Notes under the pieces: model-generated
Told to the model about the DNA's origin: nothing
The model's database searches: none
Seen by the model: the letters and a program-made list of their open reading frames with translations, nothing else
Assembly (NCBI RefSeq): GCF_009914755.1
Contig: NC_060937.1
Reading direction: 5' to 3' (one strand)
Source of the DNA: the human T2T-CHM13v2.0 reference genome, Homo sapiens
Length of the DNA: 64,000 bases
Made by a program: the position numbers and the translations under genes
Shown here: in pieces, positions 43,341-58,097 of the stretch
How the letters are laid out: each line of letters starts with the position of its first letter
Position numbering within the stretch: position 1 is the stretch's first letter

Positions 43341-43602
43341 GGGAATAGGGGGTCTTTGTAAGAACCCAGCAGTGTGTGCAGCGGGTGACCGTGGACCTCG
43401 CAGGACAGTCACTGGGCTGACTCAGACCCCCTTTTGGAGGAGCACGTCTCTGTCCTTATTGCCCCCACTTTTGTAGAAAAGACAACTTAAACTCTTGCTT
43501 TGTTGGGAAGGTGGATCAGCCAATCAAAACTGAGCCACAGATGTCAGCTTATGAGACTGTGTGGCTCCTTAAGTGTTTATCTCCTTCTAAAAAATCCTCT
43601 AT

Positions 43603-43960
43603 GCTATAAAAAATGATGAGTTCATGTCGTTTGTAGGGACACGGATGAAATTGGAAATCATCATTCTCAGTAAACTATCGCAAGGACAAAAAACCAAACA
43701 CCGCATGTTCTCACTCATAGATGGGAATTGAACAATGGGAACACATGGACACAGGAAGGGGAACATCACACTCTGGGGACTGTTGTGGGGTGGAGGGAGA
43801 GGGGAGGGATAGCTTTAGGAGATAAACCTAATGCTAGATGACGAGTTAATGGGTGCAGCACACCAGCATGGCACATGTATACATATGTAACAAACCTGCA
43901 CGTTGTGCACATGTACCCTAATACTTAAAAGTATAATAATAATAATAAATTAATTAATTA
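43603..43960 (+). mobile_element. Young L1PA (PA2-PA4-like) 3' end
   Basis: Near-consensus 'ataaaaaatgatgagttcatgtc...caccgcatgttctcactcatag...gcacatgtaccctaa', (TAA)n tail. Confidence 0.95.
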
Positions 43961-44327
43961 AAGAAAAACAAGTTGAAAATGACCCTTGCTCCTGTCAGAT
44001 CTCCTTTCTTAAACAAGCATGCTCAGGGCAACTACTGGCCTAACTTGATACTTCTTGGCTGTCCTGAAAGAGCATCTTTGTCCATCAATGCCCTTGAAAT
44101 TATGCACCGATTAAATAATAAAATGAATCTTTCACATATTAAAAAAAAAAGAAAATGTGAAAAATTCAGAAAAGAACAGAAAAATAAGTTGTGCCTGCTC
44201 CCATGATCCAAATGGCCACTGGTTTACGTGGTGGGAGGTGGCATTTCTTTCCCATCCTCTCCTAACTGTACAGCATTTGGAGTCCAGCCTGTCCTGTGGG
44301 ACAACAGACCCTTCTGCTTTGCACCCT

Positions 44328-44995
44328 GTGTAACAAGAAATTTGGTCTCAGCCCAAAGAGAGATCTGGCCTTTGTCCCCAGTTCCTGGGAGAGAACCTCT
44401 AAGGCCTTGGAACTTCCCCAGTGGCAGGAATGTGTTTGTTATTCGTGGTAGGTCCTGGTGGTTTCTGCTAATGAGGTGACTCGTGGTGGGCCCCCAATGG
44501 CTATGCTAATGACTCAGGATGGGAACAAGCCAGGCCAGAAAGACCGTTAGAGGGCTGGGGATTGGACGTCTGTCAGTCCAAACTCTGACCTCTGAGGAGG
44601 GCACAGGGCTGGAGCTCGAGTTCAACCACATGGGCAGTGCTCCCCCAGCCATGCCTCTGTAATGCAGCCTCACTACGAACTCTGGACACAGAGACTCAGG
44701 GGTGCTTTCCCGGTTGGCAACACACACTGATGTGTTGCGGGGTGACGTGCCCTGTGGGGTGACACACTCTGAGGACACAGAAGCTTCACATTTGGGACCT
44801 TCCCAGACCTCACCCTGTGTGTCTCTTCGTGGGTTAGTTCCAGCCTTCATGCATTTGTTAGAGTAAAAGTGTGACTGTAAATGAGGTGCTTCTCTGAGTT
44901 CTGTAAGTCACTCTAATGACTTACAATCTAGTCTGGGAACCCCAAATTCATGGCCTCTCTCTGAAGTGAGGGCAGTCTCATACGCACTGTTCCCA
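44328..44995 (+). mobile_element. MER21-like LTR
   Basis: 'tgtaacaagaaatttggtc...tggcctttgtccccagttcctggga...ctctaaggccttggaacttcc', 'gaagcttcacatttgggaccttcccagacc'. Confidence 0.7.
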
Positions 44996-46503
44996 CAGGC
45001 ACAGTTTGCAGCCCCCTCCCATGGAGGGGTTTTTGCTGCCTGGCCTCACCTGCTAGCTGGGGTGGGAGAGAGAGTTACAGGCTCTTGTGAAGACCAGCTC
45101 TGGTGTCCACAATGGGGAGAATCGAATCCACTTTCTTCGCGGCCCTCACCATGCTGTGAGGGGACAGGCCCAGGTGTAATCACCTCTGGTTTGTAAATTC
45201 ACAGAAGAAGTAAGTGTCTTGGCCAAGGTCATGCCGAGGTGGGGGAGGACGAGGTTCTTGTGTTGGGGGAGCCAGGCTGCTCTGCTCCTGAAGGAAGCCT
45301 GTGCTCTGGCCAAGAGCATCCCGTCTGAAACACACACTGGCAGCAAATGTTTTCTCTTTTACAGACTGCATTTCTGACTTGTTTTTGTTCTTCCTTGCTG
45401 AAGCCTGTTGTGCTTTTACAATGGCAGAAACTACTCCATACCCCTCATTGCAGGGGAAAAATACCCTTTCACAATGGGGCTATACAGTACCTGACAGATT
45501 ATGTAATAATTTTCATTGTCCTCACTTGTGAAAGAATAAAAACATTTTCTTCTGAAAGTGAGGCGGCGTACACTATAATCTGATCTTTTGATGAAGCAAA
45601 GAAAAGCTGATTTATTTTTAGATAATGAACTTGCTGATAAGCCTTAATTTGGACCCAGCGTGTTTGACTCCGCCCTGAGGCAGCGCAGCCCCTTCCCCCT
45701 TCCAAGGGTCCACAGGGACTGATGTTGCCCGTGGGCGCCACACCCTCCTGAACCCACCCACGAGTTTGCTTTGAGTCTCACGAGGAACAGTAAAGTCAGA
45801 ACATTTTTGGGGGCTCAAAACTCTGCCTTCCCTCCCATGACAATTTCAAGTGTTTTCTTTTTTTCTTGTTTCTAGGTTTCAAGCAAATAGATTTTTAGAA
45901 ATGATTCTTGATCTTTTGCTTTCATAGAGTGATTTGAGACGTTAAATATGGGTGCTTAGAATAAAGGCCACCAGGAGCTGGGGTCCCTCTGCTGGGGAGG
46001 GTCCGTCTTCCACATCACACGGGGGCTTTTTTCCTCCAGATAGTGGGTGGGAAGTGGACAAAGCACGATTTATATCTTTGGGTTGACAGATATATCTAAA
46101 TAGAAAGAACGACCTGGACAAGTGGACCAAGTATGGGACCGGGGTGGGAGGGGAATGGTGGCTCCAAGTGCTGCTTGGTGAAGATTCTCCTGGCCATGGG
46201 ACGTTGGTGGCATTGTAGAAGGGAGTGGGCAAGGCCATATGGCCACAGCTGGGAGGTGGGGGCGCAGCCTTTTGTCTGGCCCGTGGAAAACAGCCTACTT
46301 CATGCTGTGTGCAAGCAGCACCCAGTCCGCCCTTTTGGATGAAAAAGTGAACCAGCATCCATGCAGTGCTGGCTACGTGCCTGGGACTTGGTAAGATGTG
46401 CGTGATGCACAGGGCACACCCAAGTGTGCAGGTGAGGGCGAGATTGCCAAAATCCTGCAGGTGAGCCAAGGTCATCCATTGGAAGAGAGGATGGGAAAGA
46501 GGC

Positions 46504-46975
46504 TGTTACAACAGAATAAAGGCCCCCAAAGACATCTGCATCCGAGTCCCCAGGACCGGTGAACATGTCAGTCACCTTACAGCTGTGACTGAGGGACAGG
46601 GTCTTAATGGAGAGATTATCTTGGATCCTCCAGGTGGCACCAACCTAATCACATGGGCCCTTAAAAGTGGAGAGCCCCTTCTGGCGGCACTCAGAGGGAC
46701 GTGACTGTGGAGGAAATGCAGAGGAATGCAGCGATGGTGGCTTTGGAGACAGGGAAAGGGCCGAAAGCAGCGAATGAAGCTCTAGATGCTGAAAACGGCA
46801 CAGAATGAATTATGCCCTAGAGTGCCCGGAAGGACATACAGCCCCGCAGGCACCGTGATTTTAGCACTGTGGGCCCTGGGTTGGACTTGGGACTGCAGAA
46901 CTGTAAGGTACCCCTCTGTGCTGTGGTTTTGCCATTAAGTTTGTGACTTGCTATCGCCACAGCAGGAAGCTGAGG
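46504..46975 (+). mobile_element. MLT1D/E-like LTR
   Basis: 'cagaataaaggcccccaaaga', 'gagattatcttggat', 'taatcacatgggcccttaaaagtggaga', 'gcagaactgtaag'. Confidence 0.75.
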
Positions 46976-47724
46976 CAGTGGCATGGAAGGTTTGAGGAGA
47001 GGAGCCCATGTGGGACCTCCCTCCAGGACCTCCCTCCAGGAGCTCAGAGTGCCAGGTGTGGCCTTGGGAGCTTGTGAGAGGTGCAGTGACCTGTGCCTCC
47101 CCTGACGGACTCAGTCAATGCTCTATACTAGCAGTGTCCTCAGGTGCTTGCCCGCTCAGATCTAGGAGAGTAGAGCCCTAGGTGCCCATGGGGACGTGGC
47201 TGTGAATTTAAAATGCAACTGATCTCGGAAGCTGCATATTCTGTTGCCCAGTGCTGCTGCATGGGTGCAGGTATGGCCAGGTGGGGAGCTTGGTTGAACC
47301 TGGGCCGTAGGTTAGCCAGTCGAGTGTGATGCTGGGAGGTGGGGTGGGGGTGAGGGGTGCATGTCAGGACATTCTAATAAAAGGAACATGAAAATAACCT
47401 GGGTGCAGAGGAGAGGAGGCCACAGCATGGGCGAGGAACCTGGGAGGAGGTAGGTCCTACGGAGAGGAGCTGTGAGTGGCTGGGGCTGAAGGGCAGAGGG
47501 CATGTGCAATGGAAATTATGGGGAAGTTGAGGTTATTGGTTATGACAAGGTCGAGAACCAGAACCAGCTGCCTGTTTGAGTTTAAGGTGAAGACAGGCTT
47601 CCTTTACTGCAGAAACTTCCTGAGGGCACGATTAAGTCTGACCCCACTGCTGTGATCAAGGATGTCACTACTTAAACATATGTGGGCAACTGTGTCTGAT
47701 TGTGTAGCCTCTAACTTGACCCTT

Positions 47725-47875
47725 GTGGTTTAATTTAATTCCATCCACAAAATAATACCTTGAAGTATGATCGTACCCATTTTTACAAACAAGGAAACAC
47801 AAGTTCAGAGGGGCTAAGTAATGTCACCAGAGTCACACAGATGGGATGTGGCTGAACTGAGGTGGAACCTGCCAC
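47725..47875 (-). mobile_element. MIR
   Basis: MIR core 'cccatttttacaaacaaggaaacacaagttcagaggggctaagtaatgtcaccagagtcacacag'. Confidence 0.75.
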
Positions 47876-48454
47876 CCTCATCCCCTGGGATCCATGAGTA
47901 AGGTGAAAATCCTCCAGCAAAGTGGACAAGAAATAGAACGATGTAAAGAATGACTGAAGACAAGGGAGGTGGGGGGGAAGACAAGAAGAACGGGAGAAAA
48001 CTCTGTGTTGGCATTCCTAAAAATTACCCTCCAGCCACAGGACATAATCCGAGTGATTCTGGTTGTCAGCAGCCACGTGCCCAAGTTAGCTGAATTCCTC
48101 TCTCCCGCGGGACAAGGTGCCTTCCTTGCATCTTCCATTCAGGGCTGCAAAGTGTGGAAGCTCTGGGTGATTCCGTGTCAGGTGGTGGACTGAGTTATGT
48201 TGCCATCCCCAGAAGTTAAGAGTGAAGGTCCCAGGAGGGGAACTCATCTTGTTCCTGAGGTCAGCACGGTGATTGGTTCCCTTGAGCCTCTGTCCCCCAC
48301 GTCAGGACTTCCCTGTACCTGCCCTTCGTCTCATGCCTTTCCCCCTATGAGGAGGAGGACAGGTTTCCCTCCCAGCTTCTCTGGTCAAGTCCACGGGCAG
48401 CACTGAGGATGCAGGCAACCGGGGCCCACACCTCCACGCTGTGCATAGATGGTG

Positions 48455-48625
48455 CTTGCCAAATTTGGCCCACCGCCTACTTTTGTAGACGACGTTTTAT
48501 GGGAACACAGACACCCCCGTCCGTGTACTTCCATGGCTTCTTTCACAGGTCAGCTGCAGAGCTAAGTAACTGTGACAGGGACCACTTGGCTAAGAAAGCC
48601 TCCAGTATTTACTCGACTGCCCTGT
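48455..48625. mobile_element. MER58-like DNA transposon (opposite orientation to 30062)
   Basis: 'gccaaatttggcccaccgcc...ttttatgggaacacagacac...gcagagctaagtaactgtgacagggacc'. Confidence 0.65.
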
Positions 48626-49124
48626 GCTTTGGACTCAAAAGAGCTCCTCTCTGGCCCTCTGGCCACGATCGTCTCCATGAGACACGGAAGCTACGATGCT
48701 TGGCAGACAGGCTTGTGAGCCCACACCCTGCCTCCAGCCCAGGCTCCAGGTACCTGCCCCAGAGTTCCCTGCACAAGTGGCCCCAAGCTTGTGCTGGTCT
48801 GTGGGGGTTTCTTCCCTGGGCTGTTCTCCTGGGCATGTGCAGTCCTCAGGCTGATGGGCAGCTATGGGAAGGCTGGTCATGCAGGCTGGGTATCCACACA
48901 CCTGCACACGTGGCTTCTCCTAGTGCAGTATGGAGTCAGGGATGGGCCGGGAAGGGCAGCCCAGCTGTCTTGGATCCTGCACACGTTAGAGGGGAGCCTG
49001 GTCTTCAATCTAGTCTTCTTTCCTGCTGCAGTTCGTTGCTCTATGAATAATCTTCTCTCGTGTTCCTTAAATCTCTTTCCAAACATGCTTGAGTCTCCCT
49101 TCTCCTAAAACTCTGAGGTAGAAA

Positions 49125-50115
<991 letters not shown>

Positions 50116-50179
50116 GTGAAACACACCTCTGTAGCAGATTGTTTTCCAGATGTTTTCACAGCCATGTTTCTGGTTTGCA

Positions 50180-50650
50180 TCTCTTCCAGAACCTTCTCAC
50201 TCCCCTAGCAAGAGGCGACATGTATTTGCTCTCCTCCTGGAGGCAGGTGAGCCTTTGGGCTTATGTGGTGACAGGATTCTCTGGAAGCCATGCTGCGCGT
50301 CTTCTGAGGCTAGGTCACAGGAGAGGCTGCCTCTTCCCCTGGCTCTCTTCCAAGAGCTCTAAGCCAACATGGGGGGTGGGGGCTGCCTCCCTGTTGCAAA
50401 GGCCTTATGTCAAGACTCTGGGGAGGCTGGGGGATGTTGGAGGAGCCCAGCTGATTCCCGCAGCTGTTGTGCCTTCCCAGCCCAGGGCAGGCATGTGAGT
50501 GTGGGGCTCCAGATGACCCTGCCCAGTGAGGTTGCAGACATGAGGGGTCCGCACCAAGCCCTGCCCAGACTGCAGGTTTGTGAACAGAATAAACGTTGTC
50601 GTTGTCAGTGACTACATCTCGTGGTGGGTGAGTACACAACACTAGGTACC
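50180..50650 (+). mobile_element. Old MLT1 LTR (G/H-like)
   Basis: 'ctctggaagccatgctgc', 'gccctgcccagactgcaggtttgtgaacagaataaa'. Confidence 0.55.
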
Positions 50651-52565
50651 TAATGCAAGTGCCCTGGCCATGACAACCCAAAGCCTTATTTCTCCCTAAC
50701 TTCTCAAGGGAGTGCCCTCTCCTTCTCACTTCCTTTGCAACCAAAGCACGTGAAAGAGCAGAGCATGGTCCACCCCAATTTCTGACCGCCCAATCTGCTC
50801 ATGGTCAGTTCCTTGCTTTCTCGCTCTGATGTGCTGAGCTACACCCGGAGGATGCCCAGACCTCCATGGCCAGGTATGGTGGTCACGGGCAGTCCTAGCC
50901 TCTTCCCCTAGGTGTGAATTTCAGTGCGTCCAGCTGGCTTCCCTTTTCCTGGACGCCTTCTTCCCTCCCTGGGGTTCACCGACCGTGATTATGTCTAGAG
51001 TATATTGAGGCTTCTTTTATGGGACTATTCTATTTGAAATTTGAACTCAGAAACTTATAAACCTAGTGGGAAAAAAACCACTCTGCATTTGCCTCTAGAC
51101 TGTTTCCAGTGGAGACTGGCAAGAGGGCCAAAATGACTTGGAACTCAGGGAAGAGGATGAATAGGAACCAGACAGCAGGGGAGGAAGAGAGGCGTGTGGA
51201 AATTGCCAGGGAGCACCGAGCCAGTTTCAGCAGCTACAGGTTAACAGGTTCACCATTTTCTGTAAGGAGCCATTGGGAGTTACCATCAGACTCCTGATGT
51301 ATCTGGGCAATCTAACGAGATCATGCTTATGTAATAATACCAGGTAATTGTTTGTAACTTAATGAAGCTTCAAGTTAAGAGCCTCTCCTGTCCTTGTAAT
51401 GAAGGAACCCTGGCCTTTGCGTCCTGATTGTACAGTGAGCTTTTAAAGGAAGACGAACTCTATCCTTGGGACACGTTCATAAGGCCCAAAACAGAAGCAG
51501 AATCAGGTGTGCATGCAAGGATGTTCCTTGAAGCGCTATTTCCAATGGCAAAAATCTAGACGCGGCCATAATGTTCAACAGCATCCACAGTAGAAAAATA
51601 ATATTTGTTACAGCCATACAATGAAATGCCTGCCAGCTATTGCAAATCATACTTTCAAAAAGTTTAATGGGAAACTGCTTATAATACCTCAAGTAAAAAG
51701 CGGGGTGGATGCAGGACTATATAAATGTTTCACCTTTGTTGCATTTACACAAAATAAATGCAGGGAATGAAAACACAGGGAGATAACACACAAAACTCTT
51801 GTCCATGTTTATCCTTGGGTGGGAGGATTGCCGGAAATATTAATTTTCTTATGTATTTTCCAAACTTTTTATACTTGTTTATGCCTACCATTGTCAGGCA
51901 TTTGAGGTACAAGAGCACAAATAATTATAATACACTTCGACAAAATAGAAATGTAAGTTATAAAGTAGGTGCCAGCAACCCAAGAATGAAAGGGATGGAC
52001 CAGAACTCCACCATGGTGGCCCAGCCGGTCCACGCCAGTGTGTGATAACAGAACAGGAGCCGCTTGAAAGGTTAGAGGACAGTGACCTTGGTGTGGGGGT
52101 GGAGGGGCCAGTCAAAGGCTCCACCTAACACTGAGGTTCCTGGTAGTCAAAGAAAAGAAGAAAATGTAGGGTCCTTATACAGTGATTAGTGGCATCAAAC
52201 AAATTCATCTTGACAGACTCATGTTTTCCTGTCTTGCTTTCAAGGTATAACTTGCTCTGTGGACTTTTACCCAAGAGGCATGACTTCAATTCATGCAAAA
52301 ACAACCAGAAATGTTCTTCCCATGGGTATGGCTCTTTGTTCGACATTGCATCACATCAGAGGTGCAACCCAGGGGGCTGAGCTCTGCTGTGAAGTTTGTG
52401 AGCCTGACTGGTGTGGACTGAAGGGAACCAATACATGGCCTGAGTGGAGGGCTAGCCAGCACCCGTGGGTATGAACTACTTTCTCCTCCAAAGGCATCTG
52501 ACTGTGCTAAGCATTTGGACAGGTGCTTAGATGTGGAGGCAGAAGTTTTGGTGAGAGAGCCTATA

Positions 52566-52959
52566 AGAGATGTTACCTCATTGTGGTTTTGATTTGCATT
52601 TCTCTGATGGCCAGCGATGGTGAGCATTTTTTCATGTATACATATGTAGCTGGCCTGCACATGGTGCACATGTACCCTAAAACTTAAAGTATAATAATAA
52701 TAAAAAAAGAATGTGATGAAATGTGCAGATTGTGAATAATAATTAGCCTAAAAAAATTATTCAGCCATAACTGTATATCAATTAGTACAATCCATCTCTA
52801 CTGTTCAGGTTTCTCAAGAGGAAAGTTTTTGTGTTTCAAAACAATGAAGTATTTAAAAATAAATCTTTTAACTTCCTTAGATAAAAATGTTGGTATCTCA
52901 AAAGTAATAAAGTGTTTTTAAAGTAAAAAAAAAAAAAAAAAGAGAGAGAGATGTTACCT
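52566..52959 (+). mobile_element. 5'-inverted, truncated L1PA with 3' transduction, flanked by TSDs
   Basis: TSD agagatgttacct (52566-52578, 52947-52959); antisense L1 52579-52637; sense L1 3' end 52633-52708; non-L1 ~52709-52924; AATAAA 52906-52911; poly(A) 52925-52941. Confidence 0.9.
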
Positions 52960-53958
52960 ACCGGCCACTTACTTCCATGTTCCTCAAAGTTAAGTTTGGT
53001 TTTGGGCAATGAAGATTTTTGGGTAGAAATATAGGAATTAAGTCAAGGTGTGTCCGCTGCAGCTGAAGCAACCCATTTTTTGGATGGGAGATTTCAGAAT
53101 TGCTCATTTAAACACTCAAGAAGCTCTGCCCAGTATATGGTGATTCATTTCAAGGACTGTCGATGCTGGCTTTTCTCCCTGAGTGCAGTGCACAGAGGCT
53201 AACTCACCTTGCTGCTCTCTGCCAGTCACCCAGCAGATGTGCTCACCTCTCTCCACCTCTCCAGGTCCTCTGGATTGAGAAGGCCTGCCTTCTTGAGGAA
53301 GGCTTGGATGCTGGTGTCCAAACCCGGGCTATGAATCTATCTTACAGATGGCAACGAGGGGCTGACTTCTGTTTTTTGGTAACTAGCTCTCAGTACCAAG
53401 TGTGTGGGGTGGGGGGACGGGGAGGACTCAGCCCTTTTGTTATCAATTTTCTCACCTAAACACCTTGTCTTTGCTTTGCCAAAGCCATGTCCTCAGGCGA
53501 TAGGAGATAGAAGACCAGTGTCTTATTTGTACAGAAGGGATCAGAATTAGAAACACTGTAATAAAGAAAGGCTCTTTCTTTACTGACCATTCCAAAGTTG
53601 GGTGGTTCATTTGAGCACCTGTCTTCCTCTCTTAAATCTATTTCTTGAACCACTTTCAAACTTATAGAAACATCACAAGTTTTGATAAGTTTGGGTCCTG
53701 ACTCTAAAATGAACTTCTAAAGGAAGACAAAGACTATACTTGGGATGGTGTTCCATGTAATGCTTGGGATAGTGATAAAGTGGGCAATCTTAGGAAGTCT
53801 CATCCAAAAAGTCAGTGCCTTCAGCTACAAAAGTTTTTCCCCACTGAACCATTTCAGAATAAGCTGCTGACATAATGCCCTTTTCCCAAATATTCTAGCG
53901 TATTTCCAATAAAGCAGGACATTCTCTCATATAACCACAACCCCACTATCAATATCAG

Positions 53959-54312
53959 TGTATGAATCCATTTTCACACTGCTGATAAAGACATACCCGA
54001 GACTGGGAAGAAAAAGAGGTTTAATTGGACTTACAGTTCCACATGACTGGGGAGGCCTCAGAATCATGGCAGGAGGTGAAAGGCACTTCTTACACGGTGG
54101 TGGCAAGAGAAAAATGAAAAAGATGCAAACACGGAAACTGCTGATAAACCATCAGATCTTGTGGGACTTATTCACTACCACGAGAACAGTATGGGGGGAA
54201 ACCACCGCCATGATTCAAATTATCTCCCACCGGGTCCCTCCCACAACACGTGGGAATTATGGGAGTGCAATTCAAGATTAGATTTGGGTGGGGACAGAGC
54301 CAAATCATATCA
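53959..54312 (-). mobile_element. THE1 (A/C-like) solo LTR
   Basis: TG...CA ends, 'ctgataaagacatacccgagactgggaagaaaaagagg'; perfect TSD atcag. Confidence 0.9.
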
Positions 54313-54359
54313 ATCAGGAAATTAGCATTGATATGTATTACCATCTAATCCTTAGCCCC

Positions 54360-55052
<693 letters not shown>

Positions 55053-56455
55053 TGACCCCATTCAAGTTAAAGACAGACCCCATGTTTCCAGTTCAACCAA
55101 GGATGCCCATGTGTCCACAGGGCCTGGGTAAGAAGTGCACTCCGAGGCGGCTCCAGGACCCTCAGAAAGAACCCGGGTGAGACGTTCACCCTAATGCAAC
55201 TCCAGGACCCTCAGAAAAGGCCTGGTGAGAAGTGCACACTGACAGGACTCCGGGACCACCAGGCTTCCTCAGCTGGGAACATTCCTTACACCTCCCTTCA
55301 TGGGAAGGTCACTCTGAGGATTGCAGGCCAGTGACTTAGTGCAATGTCCCCTGTGTGGGTTTGTCTGGTGTTTCCTTGGTATAGACTCAGGCTCCACTCC
55401 TCTGGGATGAGGAACTGGAGAGGGTGATGTCTCCTGGCTGCCTGTCCCTCTGAGCAGCCCTGTGGCTGGTGACAGTCACTTTCCTGTTTGATCAAGGTGG
55501 CATCTGCCAGGCTTATTCGTGGCACAATTCCTGCTCAGTTAGTGTTTTGTGTGTTGGGCTTTGAGACGGTGCATACACGAGGTTACCATCATTCTTCATT
55601 TTGATGCTTAAAGTCTCTCGTGTTCGGCCAGGAGAAGCCGTGCAGGCTGGTTCCCGAGTCTCTCGGGCACGTCGCCATCATTCTCCGAGGACGTTCCTGC
55701 TTTGTGACACCACGCAACATCCCACGTCCTTCCCAGCCCTGGGGTTCTCCGTCCCTGCAGGGAGCCCTGGTTCCTGTCAGTGGTGCCTCCTTTATCCCCA
55801 AATTTGAGACGCTGGCTCCGGCCAAGCAAGGGGGTCAGGGTCCGGGAGGGGATTTTTCCTTGTTTTTTTGGGGAGGAGGCGGCTGTAAGGCCACCTCCAT
55901 CTGGGCCACCTTTGTTTCCACACCTCTGGGGAAGCCGAGGCCCAGCATGGAAACAAGCCCTTCCCGGTGGCCCTGTCTTCCCCGCCTCCCTCCTCCGAGC
56001 AGGAGCTCTGCACCCGTTACCAGGGCCCTGCTTATGCGGCTCCGTGGAGTTCTCTTCTTTTCTTCTTCTTCTTTTTTTTTTTTTTTTGGTTGATTTTTTA
56101 AAAACCCGCTTATCTATTCTGCTTCAAATTAATCCCCAAATGTTGCTTTATCAAACCATTTGTAGTTGCAGTGGCTGTTGATTACAGATGTACATCATTT
56201 CTCCCCCAGCCTTTTTAAAGGGCCAATCACTATGGTAACCATATTACAGAAAATTACTGCGTCTCCTTAAAATACCCTTCAGAAAAAGGTCATTCGGTAT
56301 TAACATGTTCCAGCTAAACCAGCAGCGTGAGCAGTGCTGGAGCATTGTCACCACGCACTGTGCTTCCGAGTGCTTGGCTTTGGTTGCGTAATTTCAGGAA
56401 ACTCTCAAAACAGGACTAAAGATTGAGAGTGGAATGTGCTCTAATGCTGCACTGT

Positions 56456-56483
56456 GTAGTGTGTGTGTGTGTGTGTGTGTGTG
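56456..56483. repeat. (GT)n microsatellite
   Basis: Direct observation. Confidence 0.95.
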
Positions 56484-57520
56484 CAAATCTAAAAGCCACA
56501 CTCAGTTTAGTTCTTGTGCTTACAGGGCAAGGCTTGTTGGCTCTGGGTTCCATTTTGCTGCTGCCCTGTTCTGAGTGTGGGTTGAGATTGAGGGTGCCTG
56601 CCCTGCTCAGACCTCAGGCTGACCCTTAGAGCAGGGCAGCCGTGGGCCGGGTGGATGAGACAGCTGCCCCCGGCATTGGAAGCGCTGCACCCAGGCAGGC
56701 TCAGGCCAATGAACATTTTTGTTGTTTCTCATGAAACCTCAGGGTTTTGATAGAATATTCCATTGCTGGTGGGGTTTTATTTCCCAGAAATAAACGGCAA
56801 CTCTCTCACCTCTTTCATCTTCCAGGGGAGGAGACAGAAGCACAGAGGCCCCTGAATCTCACCACTAACTTTTGTCCAGATGGCACCAGACGTTCCACCT
56901 TCTGATCCTGCGCTGCTGCTTTCTTAAAAATTACTCACTCGAGGTCACCCATGAGCACAGTGTAATGAGCAAGTAATCCATGTAGTTCACAATGAAAAGC
57001 AGCAGCCCTCCCTCCACACCTCCTGCTCCCCGAAGTGGCCACCGCCACGTGTTTGGGTATTTTCCTCCTAACTTCTAAACAATCTCCTTAATAGCCCCTT
57101 GGATCTACTGAATAGCTATTTCTCCAGCACGCACTCTGCCAGGCTCTCCTGTGGGGGGGGGCTTTACATGTTTCAACTCTTACTTCTCTCTGCCCAGTGA
57201 GGAAGGTATTATTGTTCACCCCATGAGGAAGCAGAGGTCCTGGGAAGAGATGTAGGCGGCCCCAAAACAGGGAGTGAGAGACAGAAGTGGGGTTGGAACC
57301 CAGCACTGTGCCTGCGGCGTTCTTGGTTTATCAGATTTGTATGTTATGCATGGAGTTAATTCCATGGAAGATGAAGATGGACGCCCCATATCCACCAATT
57401 CTCATAATTCCTTTCCCATCTTCCCATCTGCATCGCTAACCACAGTGTCCGCACGTGCTGTCTCGGTCTGTTTCTCTGACCCTGTGCCTCTATATCTGTC
57501 TCTGTCTCTGTCTGTTTCTG

Positions 57521-57524
<4 letters not shown>

Positions 57525-57562
<38 letters not shown>
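57525..57562. repeat. (AC)n microsatellite, 19 units
   Basis: Direct observation. Confidence 0.97.
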
Positions 57563-57564
<2 letters not shown>

Positions 57565-57667
57565 CTTGAATCATTTGCAAGGACCCCCACCTGTGTCTCC
57601 AGGAACAAAGAGAGCCTCCTGTTTAACTACAGTTCTATTGTCTCCTCAATAAATCGTACACACCCCA

Positions 57668-58051
57668 TGATATGGTTTGGGTCTGTGTCGCCCCCCAAAT
57701 CTGATGTCAAATTGTGATCCCCAGTGTTAGAGGTGGGGCCCAGTGGGCGGTGATTGGATTATGGCGGTGGGTTTCCTCTTGGCCCTGTTCTCGTGATAGT
57801 GGTGAGTGCTCGCGAGAGTGTGGTTATTTAAAAGTGTGCGGCACCTCCCCCTTCACGCTCTTCCTCCTCCTACAGCCACGTAGAACACACCTGCTTCCCC
57901 TTTCACCTCCCACCACGACTGAGTTTTCTGAGGCCTCCCAGCAATGCTTCCTGTACAGCCTGCAGAACTGTGAGTCAATTAAACCTCTTTTCTTTATAAA
58001 TTACCCGGCCTCCAGTGGTTCTTCATAGCAGTGCAAGAATGGACTAGTACA
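57668..58051 (+). mobile_element. MSTA/THE1D-like solo LTR
   Basis: tgatatggtttgg...aaacctcttttctttataaattaccc...ggactagtaca; TSD cccca/tccca. Confidence 0.87.
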
Positions 58052-58097
58052 TCCCATGTCCCCACGGTGTCTTTATGTATTTTTAAAATCTCGGGAT

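Noticed and set aside
42847-43476. Cys/Val- and His/Thr-rich ORFs
   Set aside because: Translation of degenerate (TG)n repeat
48409-49050. 213-aa ATG ORF
   Set aside because: N-terminal part runs through a MER58-like element; no recognisable domain or exon structure
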